Source: Symsagittifera roscoffensis (Eukaryota). Taken from it: a DNA stretch of 64,000 nt. The notes beneath the pieces were generated by a model. The model ran no database searches and was not told where the DNA came from. It saw nothing but the letters and a program-made list of their open reading frames with translations. The DNA is taken from positions 32,745,028-32,809,027 of the forward strand of contig NC_087064.1 in the NCBI RefSeq assembly GCF_963678635.1. The letters are read 5' to 3'. The position numbers and the translations under genes were made by a program. Of the stretch, positions 13,700-24,520 are shown piece after piece (positions within the stretch are counted from its first letter, which is position 1; each line of letters opens with the position of its first letter).

Positions 13700-13890
13700 A
13701 TATAAATATGCTTCGGAATCAGAACAAACTGTTATACTGAGTAAACAAGGATTTTATCTAATCAGACATATACTTCATTTTTGCTTCAAATATTTGACAG
13801 CTTAAAAATGACAGCACAAGAGTTTGCTCTGATTCCGAAGCATATTTATGTCTGATTAGATAAAATCCTTGTTTACTCAGTATAACAGCT
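13700..13890. repeat. Rearranged inverted repeat. Blocks X (aaatatgcttcggaatcagaacaaact) and Y (gttatactgagtaaacaaggattttatctaatcagacata) are followed about 45 bp later by their reverse complements in the order X' Y'.
   Basis: A direct read of 13700-13775 versus 13815-13890 shows this. Confidence 0.6.
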
Positions 13891-14061
13891 GATTTTTTTG
13901 TCGAGATTCGTTTTTGGATTGAGGAGAATCCTATATATTTCTTCGAAATTATTAAGATTTGGAGTACTAACAGGCACATTACCGTTGACTACATTGAGCA
14001 AGCATTCGCAAACGACTGATATAACTTGAGTATTTGATGATTATCTAGTAAAGCTCGGTAT

Positions 14062-14812
14062 TTAACTTGGATTCAATTGTACCATGTGTTGCAGAATGGA
14101 TGATTTTTCGCGTTCATTTGTGATGGGTGATGCCTTATCTAATGGTAAATAGAAAATTGACGGACCAGGTGTTATTATGTTTGAACAGTATCTCAGACAG
14201 TCTGATGTTCGGGGATCTAAGTCTATTAATAGATGTCCAAAGCTGTTTTTGGTAGCCAGTTCATACGATTGTCGTAAAAATTTAGGTGCATTAAGTTGTC
14301 TTCCGAGGTGATCAAGTTGCTGAATATCACGAGATGATTTGAATAAAATTATGTGAGATGTGTTCAAATCAATAGTTCGTGACCATCGACTTTGTTGGAA
14401 TGAATTATGTTTGACATAAATAACATCTAAGCCTTTGTGTCTTCCTGCTGTTGCTAGTTTAACGAATTCTTCATCATTGTATATTTCTTCGCATGAGTCA
14501 TCAAACACTAACAGAATGTTTTCAATGTTTCTCAAACGATCGAATCCATCAAATTTGACAAATTCGATTTGAATTCTGCCAGCGTTCCTCGTCCCTAAGT
14601 ATAGGTTGAATATCTTTGTAAAAAAATAATACTCTTCCAAATTTTGGATAAAAAGTTCTCACTTTCAATAATTTGAAAATTAATTCTGTTTTTCCTGATC
14701 CCGAAGGTCCTACAACTGCCATAAACAGTCTTGTCGACATATCAATAATTCTATTTGTATCCTTGGGTTTGGTAACTCGTACCCAACTAAACCAGACAAT
14801 ATGGAAAACCAA
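14062..14812 (-). pseudogene. FtsK/HerA-superfamily (A32/IVa2-like) DNA-packaging ATPase, with a frameshift between the Walker A and Walker B parts.
   Basis: ORF 14549..14812 has the Walker A motif AVVGPSGSGKTELIFKLL. ORF 14062..14640 has the Walker B-like motif NILLVFDDSCEE and continues to KHNSF..SR. Confidence 0.55.
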
Positions 14813-16347
14813 ACTGATGTTTCTTCACAGCTTAGTTGCATCAAAGAAAGTTTATAGATACAAAAGCATAGTAAAATTAAAATTATAATAATTTGATACA
14901 TAAAAACTACTTCTGATCTGGGAACAGTGGCATCAAAACAAAATTTCCAAGATTTTTGTTCGGTGTTATTTCGATCATAAACAAAATCAGTAACTATATT
15001 TGCATCAGGCTCATCATCTGCTATTTCAGACATTCACGTTTTCAATTTTTTTTCTCTCTCTCTCTGACTATCTATCTATATCAACCGTTTCTTATTGAGG
15101 AAGAAAAATGTGTGGTTATGAAATTTATTATTTGATTTTCTGAACAGTAAAAAATCTCGTATCGATTATAACCAGTGTAAACATTAGTAGTATCATTTTC
15201 ATTGTCATACATTTCCACTACATAATTGGCTGGGACATTCTTAGTTTTCACATGATATATGATTTTCTTCACTGAGTTTTCTTGTACTAATTTCTGAACT
15301 TCCTCAGGTTAATCACTGCTGCTGAGGTCCATTTGAACTCCGGGCTGACATTTGGGTACTAAGACTAGCTTGGGAACTTAAACTCCTCGTTTACTGGCTA
15401 ACATTTTGAATAAACTTGAATCGTTGAAAGTAGATAAATTGGTCAATCACCGGGAAAAACCTTCTCAAAATAGTTAATTCCTCTTCATATGAAGTGATTT
15501 GTTCTTTTCGCTGCACCACTTGACCTCGGCAATCGATTCGTTCTGCTCTTGTTAATGATATTTTGATGTCACTCTCTGGATTCATCCAAGCACATAACAC
15601 TGAATTTGGAGATAGGGTCGTCTCCAGCTTCGCTAGTCTCTCGCTGTTGCTCATTTTTCAGCCAATAAAAAAACGCCTTGCTTTTCTTCAGGGCGCAGTG
15701 ATTCATGGAGTGGTTATGATGTGAAATAAATCTCACAGTCAAATTAATCTCGTGAATGATTTCCAAGTCCGTTGAAGTAACTCTACCTTTTTTCCAATTT
15801 CATTTTTATTTTTTTTCCAACACCTCGCGGACCTGCTGAATTTCAAGCCAGTGGAAGTGAAAGTGACCTTGCAGATACCACTTACTCAGTCCTATATCTC
15901 GGTGGTAGATATTTAGATAGATCACTGGAAGTTTTTGATATTTTGAAAATTTATCAAAACAAAGTCGAATCATTCGCTCCACCCCTTTCTCAATCATCAT
16001 AGAGTCAAAATCGAATGAGTAATTAAATCGGTTTTCATATGTAGCAATGATTACATCAATAGCCCTACCATTTTTCTGTTTTGTATAAACGCACCACGTT
16101 ATTTGTAAGAGCTCATTCAAATAAAACAGAGCTGTTTACAACTCTGCTAATATACTTCTGGTGCTTTATCTGCTATTTTTTTCCACCGTGATATGAAAAC
16201 TATATAACGGTCGTTAATACAACTGTTTTTTGATCGGGTACCAGTTGAGAAGACAGAGAAACTTAAATGCTCACTATCAATATCTTCAGTATGCCAATCT
16301 CGAATTAAAATCATTTTGCTCAATTCGTTATTCCATAATTTCAGCAT
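14710..16347 (-). other. Run of short co-oriented ORF fragments (14710..15033, 15081..15272, 15391..15654, 15569..15766, 15806..16120, 16147..16347) with no recognisable domains. They are probably further decayed genes of the same element.
   Basis: All lie on the minus strand and are contiguous with the ATPase. No motif was identified. Confidence 0.2.
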
Positions 16348-16682
16348 TATTTTTATTGTTCATTTATGTCATGACACCGGACTGTCAGCCGCTCTTCAAA
16401 CTTCGTGAGTGTTTCAGATTGCTAAGCGTTGGTTCAACAATAAAAGATGCATACGGAAAAGAAATGGTTTACAGCTACCAACGGTTTAAATATTTTTGGC
16501 TATAACTTTTACGTTAACTTTAATTCCACTCAAATATGAACGTTATAGTCTTGATCGAACGTTAACGCATGAAAATGCAGTCCCCAGACATACTTTTTTT
16601 ATTATATATCACAACAGCAGTGACTTATTATAATATAGTCATTTCATAGCACTTAGAATACAATACATGTAGTTTTATTTTC

Positions 16683-16860
16683 CTATTTGGAGTGCCCCTG
16701 TGGTTTGAAAAGTTTGTTTGGAGCCCCTATGTGGTTTTGGAATTAGGGTCTTGAGCACCGAGAAATTTTGTCTGGAGCGCCTATGTGGTTTTGGGATAAG
16801 GCTCTGGAGCACCCCTGTGTAGGTTTCCCCCTGCTAAACCCCCCCCCCCCCTGTTGGAGC
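16683..16860. repeat. Minisatellite of about four degenerate 45-bp units (tggagcgcctatgtggttttgggataaggctc-like), ending in a poly-C tract.
   Basis: ggagtgcccctgtggtttg, ggagcccctatgtggttttgg, ggagcgcctatgtggttttggg and ggagcacccctgtgtaggttt, then cccccccccccc at 16840. Confidence 0.7.
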
Positions 16861-17516
16861 GCCGGCGAATTACCTTACTACTACAAATTCTAAAAACAAT
16901 GAAAAATTTTTTTTCCTGATAGTGAAAGAAGCATGCATAGCCAGAGTAGGCGTTTGTGGGCTATATGGCCCCGTTGTCTATCCTCTCCGAGTCTCATTTT
17001 GATACTTACTAATAACGATGAATTGCTAAATTTATGTAATAAATGACCGGAGAAATTTGTTCTTTCTTTCTTTCCCGAACCTTAAGAGCTTTCAAGCGCA
17101 AATTGCAGTATTGCTTCTGTATCAAACTGTCTGTTAGCTATGTTCTCTTGTTGAGTAGATTTAACTAATAAAGGGCCAATCATTGAAATTTATTGAAGCT
17201 TGATAAATTTTTAATTGATATAATTTGAGTTCGTAAACAAAGAAAAAGGTAAATCGTATAATATTTGAAAAGCGGTTCAGTAATATTTTTAACGACTTCG
17301 TTTCTTTGTTTCAGCTTCAATTTCAGAAGAATTGCCGATGTTTGTATTGAAACTACGGGATTTACCGCGTTCTCCGCAATCCGCTGGGTCGCTGCTTGGA
17401 TTCAAAGACCTTTCCTCTGCTCGTAGAGGTATGTTTAGACAATCCGAGGTTAATTTAGATTTTGAACCAACTTCATCACTTAAGACAATTTGGACAGCCG
17501 CAAGTAGCAACAAACT

Positions 17517-18900
17517 ATGTCTGAAGCTACAGGACTTGTGGGTTATTGCAAGGGTTCATTGTTTTCAGGTTTTGGTGGAAGTCTTTTTGATGCCCCCTCA
17601 GAATCATCATCTAGAGAGCCGCTACGTGGTAGGTATCAGCCACTTTCTGGATGTCGTGTTGCTACGGGTGAACCACCATTAATGGGAACATCTATGGCAC
17701 CGCCACAGCCACCAATTTATGAAGGAGGTCCTTTTGGTGCCCCCTCACAACCTTCCTCTGGAGCACCGCTATTTGGGGGACCTCCGCCACCTCCTGGAGG
17801 CGGTCTTTTTGGTGCCCCCTCACAACCATCTTCTAGCGCGCGCCTATTTGGGGGACCTCCGCCACCTCCACCTCCTGGTGGAGGTCTTTTTGGTGCTTCC
17901 TCACAACCATCCTCTGGCGCGCGGCTATTTGGGGGACCTCCGACACCTCCTGGAGGAGGTCTTTTTGGTGCCCCCTCACAACCATCCTCTGGCGCGCGGC
18001 TATTTGGGGGACCTCCGCAACCTCCTGGAGGAAGTCTTTTTGGTGCCCCCTCACAACCATCCTCTGGCGCGCGGCTATTTGGGGGACCTCCGCCACCTCC
18101 TGGAGGAGGTCTTTTTGGTGCCCCCTCACAACCATCATCTAGCGCTCGGCTATTTGGGGGACCTCCGCCACCTCCTGGTGGAGGTCTTTTTGGTGCCCCC
18201 TCACAACCAGCCTCTGGAGCGCCGCTAATTGGGGGACATCTGCCACCTCCTGGAGGAAGTCTTTTTGGTGCCCCCGCACAACCATCATCTAGCGCTCGGC
18301 TATTTGGGGGACCTCCGCCACCTCCTGGAGGAGGTATTTTTGGTGCCCCCTCACAACCATCTTCTAGCGCGCGCCTATTTGGGGGACCTCCGCCACCTCC
18401 ACCTCCTGGTGGAGGTCTTTTTGGTGCCCCCTCACAACCATCCTCTGGCGCGCGGCTATTTGGGGGACCTCCGCCACCTCCTGGAGGAGGTCTTTTTGGT
18501 GCCCCCTCACAACCATCTTCTAGCGCGCGCCTATTTGGGGGACCTCCGCCACCTCCACCTCCTGGTGGAGGTCTTTTTGGTGCTTCCTCACAACCATCCT
18601 CTGGCGCGCGGCTATTTGGGGGACCTCCGCCACCTCCTGGAGGAGGTCTTTTTGGTGCCCCCTCACAACCATCCTCTGGCGCGCGGCTATTTGGGGGACC
18701 CCCGCAACCTCCTGGAGAAGGTCTTTTTAGTGCCCCCTCACAACCAGCCTCTGGAGCGCCGCTATTTGGGGGACCTCGGCCACCTCCTGCTGGAGGTATT
18801 TTCGGTTCTGCTCCTCGGCCGCCATCTCTGTTGTTAATGCCCATATCTCCGCCACTTTCCCCCTCTTCTCCTATTCTATTTGACGACTGTTGTTTTTCAG
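17517..18900 (+). CDS. Putative first coding exon of a host gene. It encodes an N-terminal FG-containing segment, then about 14 copies of a 25-aa GLFG/Pro-rich repeat (GGPPPPPGGGLFGAPSQPSSGARLF).
   Basis: A 468-aa ORF starts at ATG 17517. Degenerate in-frame repeat copies occur at both ends. Candidate acceptors tttctttgtttcag/tttcag lie at 17301-17326. A cag|gtattt donor at 18900/18901 leaves phase 1. That phase is exactly completed by the next exon at 19303. Caveat: the repeat unit is stop-free in all six frames, so ORF length alone is not evidence. Confidence 0.45.
17745..18800. repeat. 75-bp GC-rich tandem repeat, about 14 units.
   Basis: Periodic cctccgccacctcctggaggaggtctttttggtgccccctcacaaccatcctctggcgcgcggctatttgggggac. 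ORFs are open on both strands in several frames. Confidence 0.9.
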
Positions 18901-19302
18901 GTATTTTAAGATCTGAATTTTGAAATGATCCATAAAAAATAATACGAAATATTAAAATTTACTGGGAATACTACTGCTTGTTTCAGATGAAAAAGAAAAT
19001 ATTTTGTTAAATATGGTCGCTGAAAGTTTCATATGTTTGAGAAAAATTTAAAAATTTCGTTAAACATGCTCGTAAAATTAATCACACTGTTGGAGGAAGT
19101 AAGTATTTCAAAAACCTGATTTTTTCCATTCCGAAATTTCAGTGTACCATATGCATTTTCTCATAGTTGTAAGTCTAAATCACGATTCTAGAGTGTCACG
19201 ATGCTGAGCAGGCTTTCTAACGAGGTCTAAATGGGCAATGCCAATAAAATGTTTTTTTTTTAAATATGATTGTTGTGTTTTACTCAGACAAATGTTTTTC
19301 AG

Positions 19303-19740
19303 CGTTTGCACACAGCAGAATAGAGCAAGAGAAATCGGATCTTTTGCCGATGCCGCTAAGTTCTGATTCCGCCCTTCTGCTAAAGCCTGAATCGTATAAA
19401 GCGAAAGTTTCTGCAAAAAAACATGTCCTAAATAGTTCGAAGCAACAGTCAACGCAAGATTTAGTATGTATGTCAAGTGAGGAAGAACAAGCGTATTCTG
19501 CTCCAATCTTGCGCCAATCTAAAGGACTTGTGAAGTCTTCAGATGACGCTGCTGATAGTTTTTATACAATGCTAAATACATCTGTTCGAAGTGAATTAAT
19601 CGAAAGAAAAAGAGGAAAAGGAAATCGAATTGCTACTACATTAGAAAAACCTCCTTTGCCTGAAGATGGGGATTCTTTTACTAATATATCTACATATGAA
19701 CCTGAAGAGATGCAAGATGAAATGTTCTCGACTCAATATG
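19303..19740 (+). CDS. Internal coding exon (146 codons) encoding a Ser/Glu-rich acidic segment (…SSEEEQAYSAPILRQSKGLVKSSDDAADSFY…EPEEMQDEMFSTQY).
   Basis: Acceptor aatgtttttcag at 19291-19302. Consensus donor g|gtgagt at 19741. The open frame spans the whole interval. It enters in phase 1 and leaves in phase 1. Confidence 0.5.
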
Positions 19741-20349
19741 GTGAGTTGGGTCAATATTTATCTTAATCAGCAGCGAAAAAAAAACAACTGATCACTGGTT
19801 GTCAACATTTTTGCTTGAAGTCAATTTGTTCCTCGCGACATGGTATCGAACCATACTTATTGCATGGGATCAATTTTTTTCTCTGGCATAACATTATTTC
19901 CAGGGGAATATCTACAGTTTTCTCGGGTGATTCTCTAGAAAACGTGAAAAAGTTTTTCATTCAAGTTTTGTCGACCTTTAAAACAAATCAATTAAGAAAT
20001 CGGATATATTTGATTAACTTCGCAAAAAAATGTATTGTTTTACCATGCAAGCCAAAACACAAAAGATCAGCGACAGAGCATGATCTGCGTTGTTTTTTTT
20101 AAATGTTTTCATTAGATGAAAGAAAAAAGATGATACAAAAAATTGTTGAAAATACTGTCAAAATAGATTCAAAATATTACCCAATTTAAGATTTTTATTA
20201 GAATATATACTATATTTTTAGTCTGGAAAGTAACAAGTAATTCGGCATAAAATGCGTACTGACTTCTCTTGTGAAAAGCACATGGATTTTGCAAGGGGTT
20301 GCGTTAAATTTTGTCAATTTTTCATAAAGCCCATTTGTTTTTGTTTCAG

Positions 20350-20417
20350 ATTTAATTTATTCAGAAAAGATGACAGAGAGGAGCTGTGTGCCAATGATGG
20401 ATTCGTCAATGATGAAA
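20350..20417 (+). CDS. Small 68-bp exon (…DLIYSEKMTERSCVPMMDSSMMK) that converts phase 1 to phase 0.
   Basis: Acceptor ttgtttcag at 20341-20349 and donor aaa|gttagt at 20418. With the 1-nt overhang from the previous exon the frame is open. It ends in phase 0, as the downstream cassette exons require. Confidence 0.35.
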
Positions 20418-20853
20418 GTTAGTGGATGTTTTTAAAATCTATGCCATGAATGACTCAAAAGTTATCTGGTGTTCTCATTCCCATTGGACGCTTAAATGTA
20501 AATTTTCTTTTCAACCTTCTTTTATCCCATAGAAAGCATCCGATTTTCTGAAACATGTCTGAGTAATTAAATGTGAATGACTAATGCTGCTCCGATTTTT
20601 CTAAACTTGGTCATTAATAATCTATGAATTTCTTTACCGTTAAATAGTTACCTATCTTTGGCATGCAACAACATACACTATCAGCATATTATCAGCGGCG
20701 TCAAAACCCTTGAATTTTTCCTGAATATTTTGTTTTTCGCAATAACTTTAGAACCAGTGAAACATGTTATTAAATCAATCGTATATACCTCGACAATGTT
20801 AAATTATCATAATACGAACTAGAACTAGGTGGAACGCCGAGTTTTGTTTCCAG

Positions 20854-20970
20854 GCTGAAACTGGAGATGAATCGGAATCGGACGATGACAACGGTTTCGG
20901 TCTGTTTGACAATGGCGATCGTATGCAAGAAAATAGAAAAGAGGCGACACTGCGAAAGGCGACGTCTGAT
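20854..20970 (+). CDS. Cassette exon copy 1 (117 bp, 39 codons): AETGDESESDDDNGFGLFDNGDRMQENRKEATLRKATSD.
   Basis: Acceptor ttttgtttccag and donor gat|gtgagt. The frame is open, phase 0 to phase 0. Confidence 0.5.
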
Positions 20971-21049
20971 GTGAGTTTTAATGTCACTTTTCGCGTCAAG
21001 TTTGTTCAGATTTGATGAATGTAGTTAAGATTTTTATAGAGGTCATTGT

Positions 21050-21440
21050 AGTTTTTTTTTTCAGGAAAAGTATTAATATTGTTCAGGCTCAAATTAACGT
21101 TTTTGTGGTTTGACTTTGGATTTATTTTAAGTTTCGTTCCTTTCTTTTGTTTAAAGCAGGCAAACTCTGCAAACGAATAGCAAAAGTGTAAAGGATACGG
21201 AAACCTGATCGACTTATTTTCCCGAAAATGAGTTTTAGTTAACACATTTTCCAGAAAAATAAAAATAATAATGCATTGAGTCGTTTTCTAAAATTGGGTT
21301 AGTTTTAATCAAAAAGTATCAATCATAAATTCGAAAAGCTTTCAGGTCATCTTTTTTCTCTGAAACTTGAAAGTTGACGTGTTTTCGAAAAGCCAGTCAG
21401 TATTTTTTCCTTGTGTTCATTGACTCTTTGGCATGCAACA
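21050..21440 (+). repeat. Copy of the 400-bp repeat family inside the duplicated exon-intron unit.
   Basis: ttcaggaaaagtattaatattgttcaggctcaaattaacg ... aaagttgacgtgttttcgaaaagccagtcagtattttttccttgtgttcattgactctttggcatgcaacaactg. Confidence 0.55.
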
Positions 21441-21661
21441 ACTGATGCATTATTAGCGGCGCTAAAACCCTGATTTTCTCTTGAATGTTTTGTTTGCCGG
21501 AATAATCATTCAGACAGTTTTCAAGGCTTGACGAAGGCTTGACAGAAAGTCGTTAAAACTAATGAATTATTTTCTTCATTCAACAATCGTATTTACTGCG
21601 ACAATGCTACCTTATCGCGATACGAACTAGAGGTAGGTGGAACATCTAGTTTTGTTTTCAG

Positions 21662-21778
21662 GATGAAAGTGAAGATGAATCGGAATCGGACGATGAAACA
21701 TGTTTCGGTTCAATTGACAGTGGCGATCGCATGCAAGAAAAAAGTAAAGAGGTGACACTGCGAAAGGCGTCGCCTACA
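21662..21778 (+). CDS. Cassette exon copy 2 (117 bp): DESEDESESDDETCFGSIDSGDRMQEKSKEVTLRKASPT.
   Basis: Acceptor tttgttttcag and donor aca|gtgagt. Open frame, phase 0 to phase 0. It is a paralogue of 20854-20970, with mostly conservative substitutions. Confidence 0.5.
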
Positions 21779-21839
21779 GTGAGTTGAAATGTCTCTTTTC
21801 ACGTCAAGTTTGTTCAGAGTCAATGAACGTAGTTGAGAA

Positions 21840-22150
21840 TTTTATATAGGTCTGGATAGTTTTTTCAGGAACGTGATCCACCTATTTTTGCGAAAATGAG
21901 TTTTAATAAACAGATTTCCCAGCGAAAAAAAATAATGTTTTGATCCGTATTCTCAATTTGGGTAGTTTTAAACCAAAAAAGTATCAAATTTAAATTGTTT
22001 AAGAAAATTAAAAAGCTTATCTGTTATCTCTAAGAAGTTATCTATTTTTCCTCTAAAACTCAAAAGTTGAGGTTTTTCAAAAATCCCTCAGTTTTTTTTT
22101 TCATTTCGTTCACTGGCTCTTCTCGAACTAGCTGTTGCCTGTGTATACTT
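21840..22150 (+). repeat. Copy of the 400-bp repeat family (5'-truncated). Its 3' half is included in the left arm of hairpin 1.
   Basis: ggaacgtgatccacctatttttgcgaaaatgagttttaataaacagatttcccagcgaaaaaaaataatg ... ttcactggctcttctcgaactagctgttg. Confidence 0.5.
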
Positions 22151-22920
22151 AAAAAATTAAAATTAAATTTTAATGAGAACATCCAATGCCTTCTTACCCT
22201 GTGCTTAACTAGGGTGTTACTCCAGAGTGCTAGTTTTTTTTTCGAAGTAAACAAGTTTTGGCGTAGCAACGACCCGGAGACTCCAAATTAATTCAGCTCA
22301 ACGGGTAGATTAGTAAACTAGTTGAAGATTTCAAAAGATCGAAATGGATAATGTTTCTAGAAAGGTTCGACCAACAAGAGGCAACAAGTAAACTCCGGTC
22401 AACTGTGAAAGGACTATCGAACACAATGGGTGTGTTTCTGAGTTTTGGCGTTTGTGTTCGATAGTCCTTTCACATTTGACCAGAGTTTACTTGTTGCCTC
22501 TCGTTGACCGAAACTTTCTAGAAACATTATCCATTTCGATCTTTTGAAATCATCAACTAGTTTTTTAATCTTCACGTTGAGCTCAATTATTTTGGAGTCT
22601 CCGGGTTTTTGCTATGCCAAAACTTGTTCACGTCGAAAAAAGACTAACACTCTGGAGCAACACCCTTGTTAAGCACAGGGGAAGAAGGCATTGGATGTTC
22701 TCATTAAATTTTATTTTTAACTTTCTAAGTATACACAGGCAAGAGCTAGTTCGAAAAGAGCCGGTGAACGAAACGAAAAAAAAAACTGACTGGTTTTTTA
22801 AAAAACCTCAACTTTTGAGTTTAAGAGGAAAAAGAGATAACTTTTTAGAGATAACAGATAAGCTTTTTAACTTTCTTAAACAATTTAAAATTGATACTTT
22901 TTCGATTTAAAACTACCCAA
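21950..22920. repeat. Long hairpin (inverted repeat 1). Arms of about 490 bp (21950-22438 and 22452-22920) at about 90-95% identity flank a 25-nt loop tgggtgtgtttctgagttttggcgt.
   Basis: The reverse complement of 22452-22920 aligns to 21950-22438. Mirror ORFs 22060..22269(-) and 22614..22910(+) encode near-identical peptides. Confidence 0.85.
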
Positions 22921-22924
22921 ATTG

Positions 22925-23345
22925 ACTACATATTGGACTTGATTGCATCTTCGAAGAATTTCAATAAAGCATTTCAATTGTTTCAATTCCAAGTTGTTTG
23001 ATCTTGCGTATAACTTCCTTCTTTCTTTTTTCGATGTTGCTATGGTGTGTAGTGAACTGTTGGTTGCATTTGTCGCAGATCTTTTGTGTGTCATGTAGGA
23101 GTTCATTGTCAAAGATAATGGTTGTGTTTCTGAGTTTTGGCGTTTATCTTTGACAATGAACTCCTACATGACACACAAAAGATCTGCGACAAATGCAACC
23201 AACAGTTCACTACACACCATAGCAACATCAAAAAAGAAAAGAAGGAAGTTATACGCAAGATCAAACAACTTGTAATTGAAAGAATCGAATTGTTTTATTG
23301 AAATTCTTCGAAGATGCAACAAGTCCAATATGTAGAACAAATGGA
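22925..23345. repeat. Hairpin (inverted repeat 2). Arms of about 190-210 bp (22925-23117 and 23133-23345), unrelated to hairpin 1, flank the loop tggttgtgtttctgagttttggcgt.
   Basis: gttcattgtcaaagataa|tggttgtgtttctgagttttggcgt|ttatctttgacaatgaac. The outer arms are ttgattgcatcttcgaagaatttcaataaa ... and ... ttattgaaattcttcgaagatgcaacaagtcc. Confidence 0.85.
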
Positions 23346-23937
23346 TTGGTCCTGACAACTTGCATCAATCCATTTACATTTTTTTTTAGTAAATACGCAG
23401 TCAAGTACTTCAGCCAACTGACAAGCCTCTCACTTAGTAATGCATTAATAGTTGGAAGGGTTATTTTCCTAGCTATTTTCCTTGTATTACTCTCTCCAGT
23501 AGCAAAACTTGTCGAGCGTTTGTTAGCACCGGATATTTTTTGCAACATAAACCTTCCAAGAATGCCAATGGCTTGAAAGAAAGATTAACCACTGCCCTGA
23601 ACTGCATTTTTTTTTAAATTGGTCTGAACCAGGCTAAACCATGTCAGAGAACACTAGTGGTCGCCCTAGACTTGACAACTGGTACACTGTGATCTCATTA
23701 TCAGCGGCGTCAAAACCCTGAATTTTTCTTGATTGTTTTGTTTTTTGGAATAACAATTCATAAGACTTTCATGGCTCGACCATGTAAGAAATTTAATCAT
23801 GATGCACAGTATTTTCTCCGACAGAAAACCTTTAGAACCAATGAAACATGTTATTAAATCAATCGTATATACCTCGACAATGTTAAGTTATCATAATACG
23901 AACTAGAACTAGGTGGAACGCCGAGTTTTGTTTCCAG

Positions 23938-24054
23938 GGTGAAAGTGGAGATGAATCGGAATCGGATGATGACGACGGTTTCGGTCTGTTTGACAATGGC
24001 GATCGTATGCAAGAAATTAGAAAAGAGGTGACAGTGCTAAAGGCGACGTTTGAA
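23938..24054 (+). CDS. Cassette exon copy 3 (117 bp): GESGDESESDDDDGFGLFDNGDRMQEIRKEVTVLKATFE.
   Basis: Acceptor ttttgtttccag and donor gaa|gtgagt. Open frame, phase 0 to phase 0. Confidence 0.5.
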
Positions 24055-24129
24055 GTGAGTTTTAATCTCGCTCTTCACGTCAAGTTTGTTCAGAGTCGAT
24101 GAACGTAGTTAGGATTTTTATGTAAGTTA

Positions 24130-24520
24130 TGATAGTTTTTTAGGAGAAGCAATAAATTTTGTTCAGGCTCAAATTTACGTTTTCGTGTTTTGACTTTGGA
24201 ATTAATTTAACTTCGGTTCCTTTCTTTTGTTAAAAGGAAGGCATACTCTGCAAGCGAATAGCCAAAGTGAAAGGTTACGAAAACATGATAAACCTATTTT
24301 TCCGAAAATGATTTTTAGTTATCAGATTTCCCAGCAAAAAATAACGTATGGAGTCGTTTTCTGAAATTGGATTAGTGTTAATCAAAATGCATCAATCATA
24401 AGGTGTTAAAGAACTTCAGAAAGTTTTCAGGTCACCTTTTTTCTCTGACACTTAAAAGTTGACGTGTTTTCAAAAAGCCAGTCAGTATTTTTTTACTTGC
24501 GTTCATTGACACTTTGGCAT
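24130..24520 (+). repeat. Copy of the 400-bp repeat family (third exon-intron unit).
   Basis: taggagaagcaataaattttgttcaggctcaaatttacg ... ccagtcagtatttttttacttgcgttcattgacactttggcatgcaacaactg. Confidence 0.55.

Larger units (their letters stand above)
9060..16350 (-). mobile_element. Degraded Polinton/Maverick-like (or adintovirus-like) DNA element remnant. It has protease, integrase and packaging ATPase genes, all frameshifted. No pPolB was recognised.
   Basis: A co-oriented minus-strand ORF cluster carries the Polinton hallmark triad. A Ulp1-like Cys protease is at 11370-11777. An rve integrase is at 12093-12672. An A32/FtsK-like ATPase is at 14062-14812. Several unassigned ORF fragments surround them. 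Confidence 0.5.

Noticed and set aside
17717-18844. Long antisense and alternate-frame ORFs across the 75-bp repeat. Examples are a 375-aa minus-strand ORF, and 17719..18228 and 18229..18837 on the plus strand.
   Set aside because: The repeat unit lacks stop codons in all six frames. Only one frame is supported by splice-phase continuity.
19815-20102. 95-aa ORF directly downstream of the 19303-19740 exon.
   Set aside because: It lies in the predicted intron, is AT-rich, and has no phase continuity with the gene model.
22060-23112. Mirror ORFs 22060..22269(-) / 22614..22910(+), and 22885..23112(-).
   Set aside because: Mirror ORFs on opposite strands encoding the same peptide are a by-product of the inverted-repeat arms, not genes.
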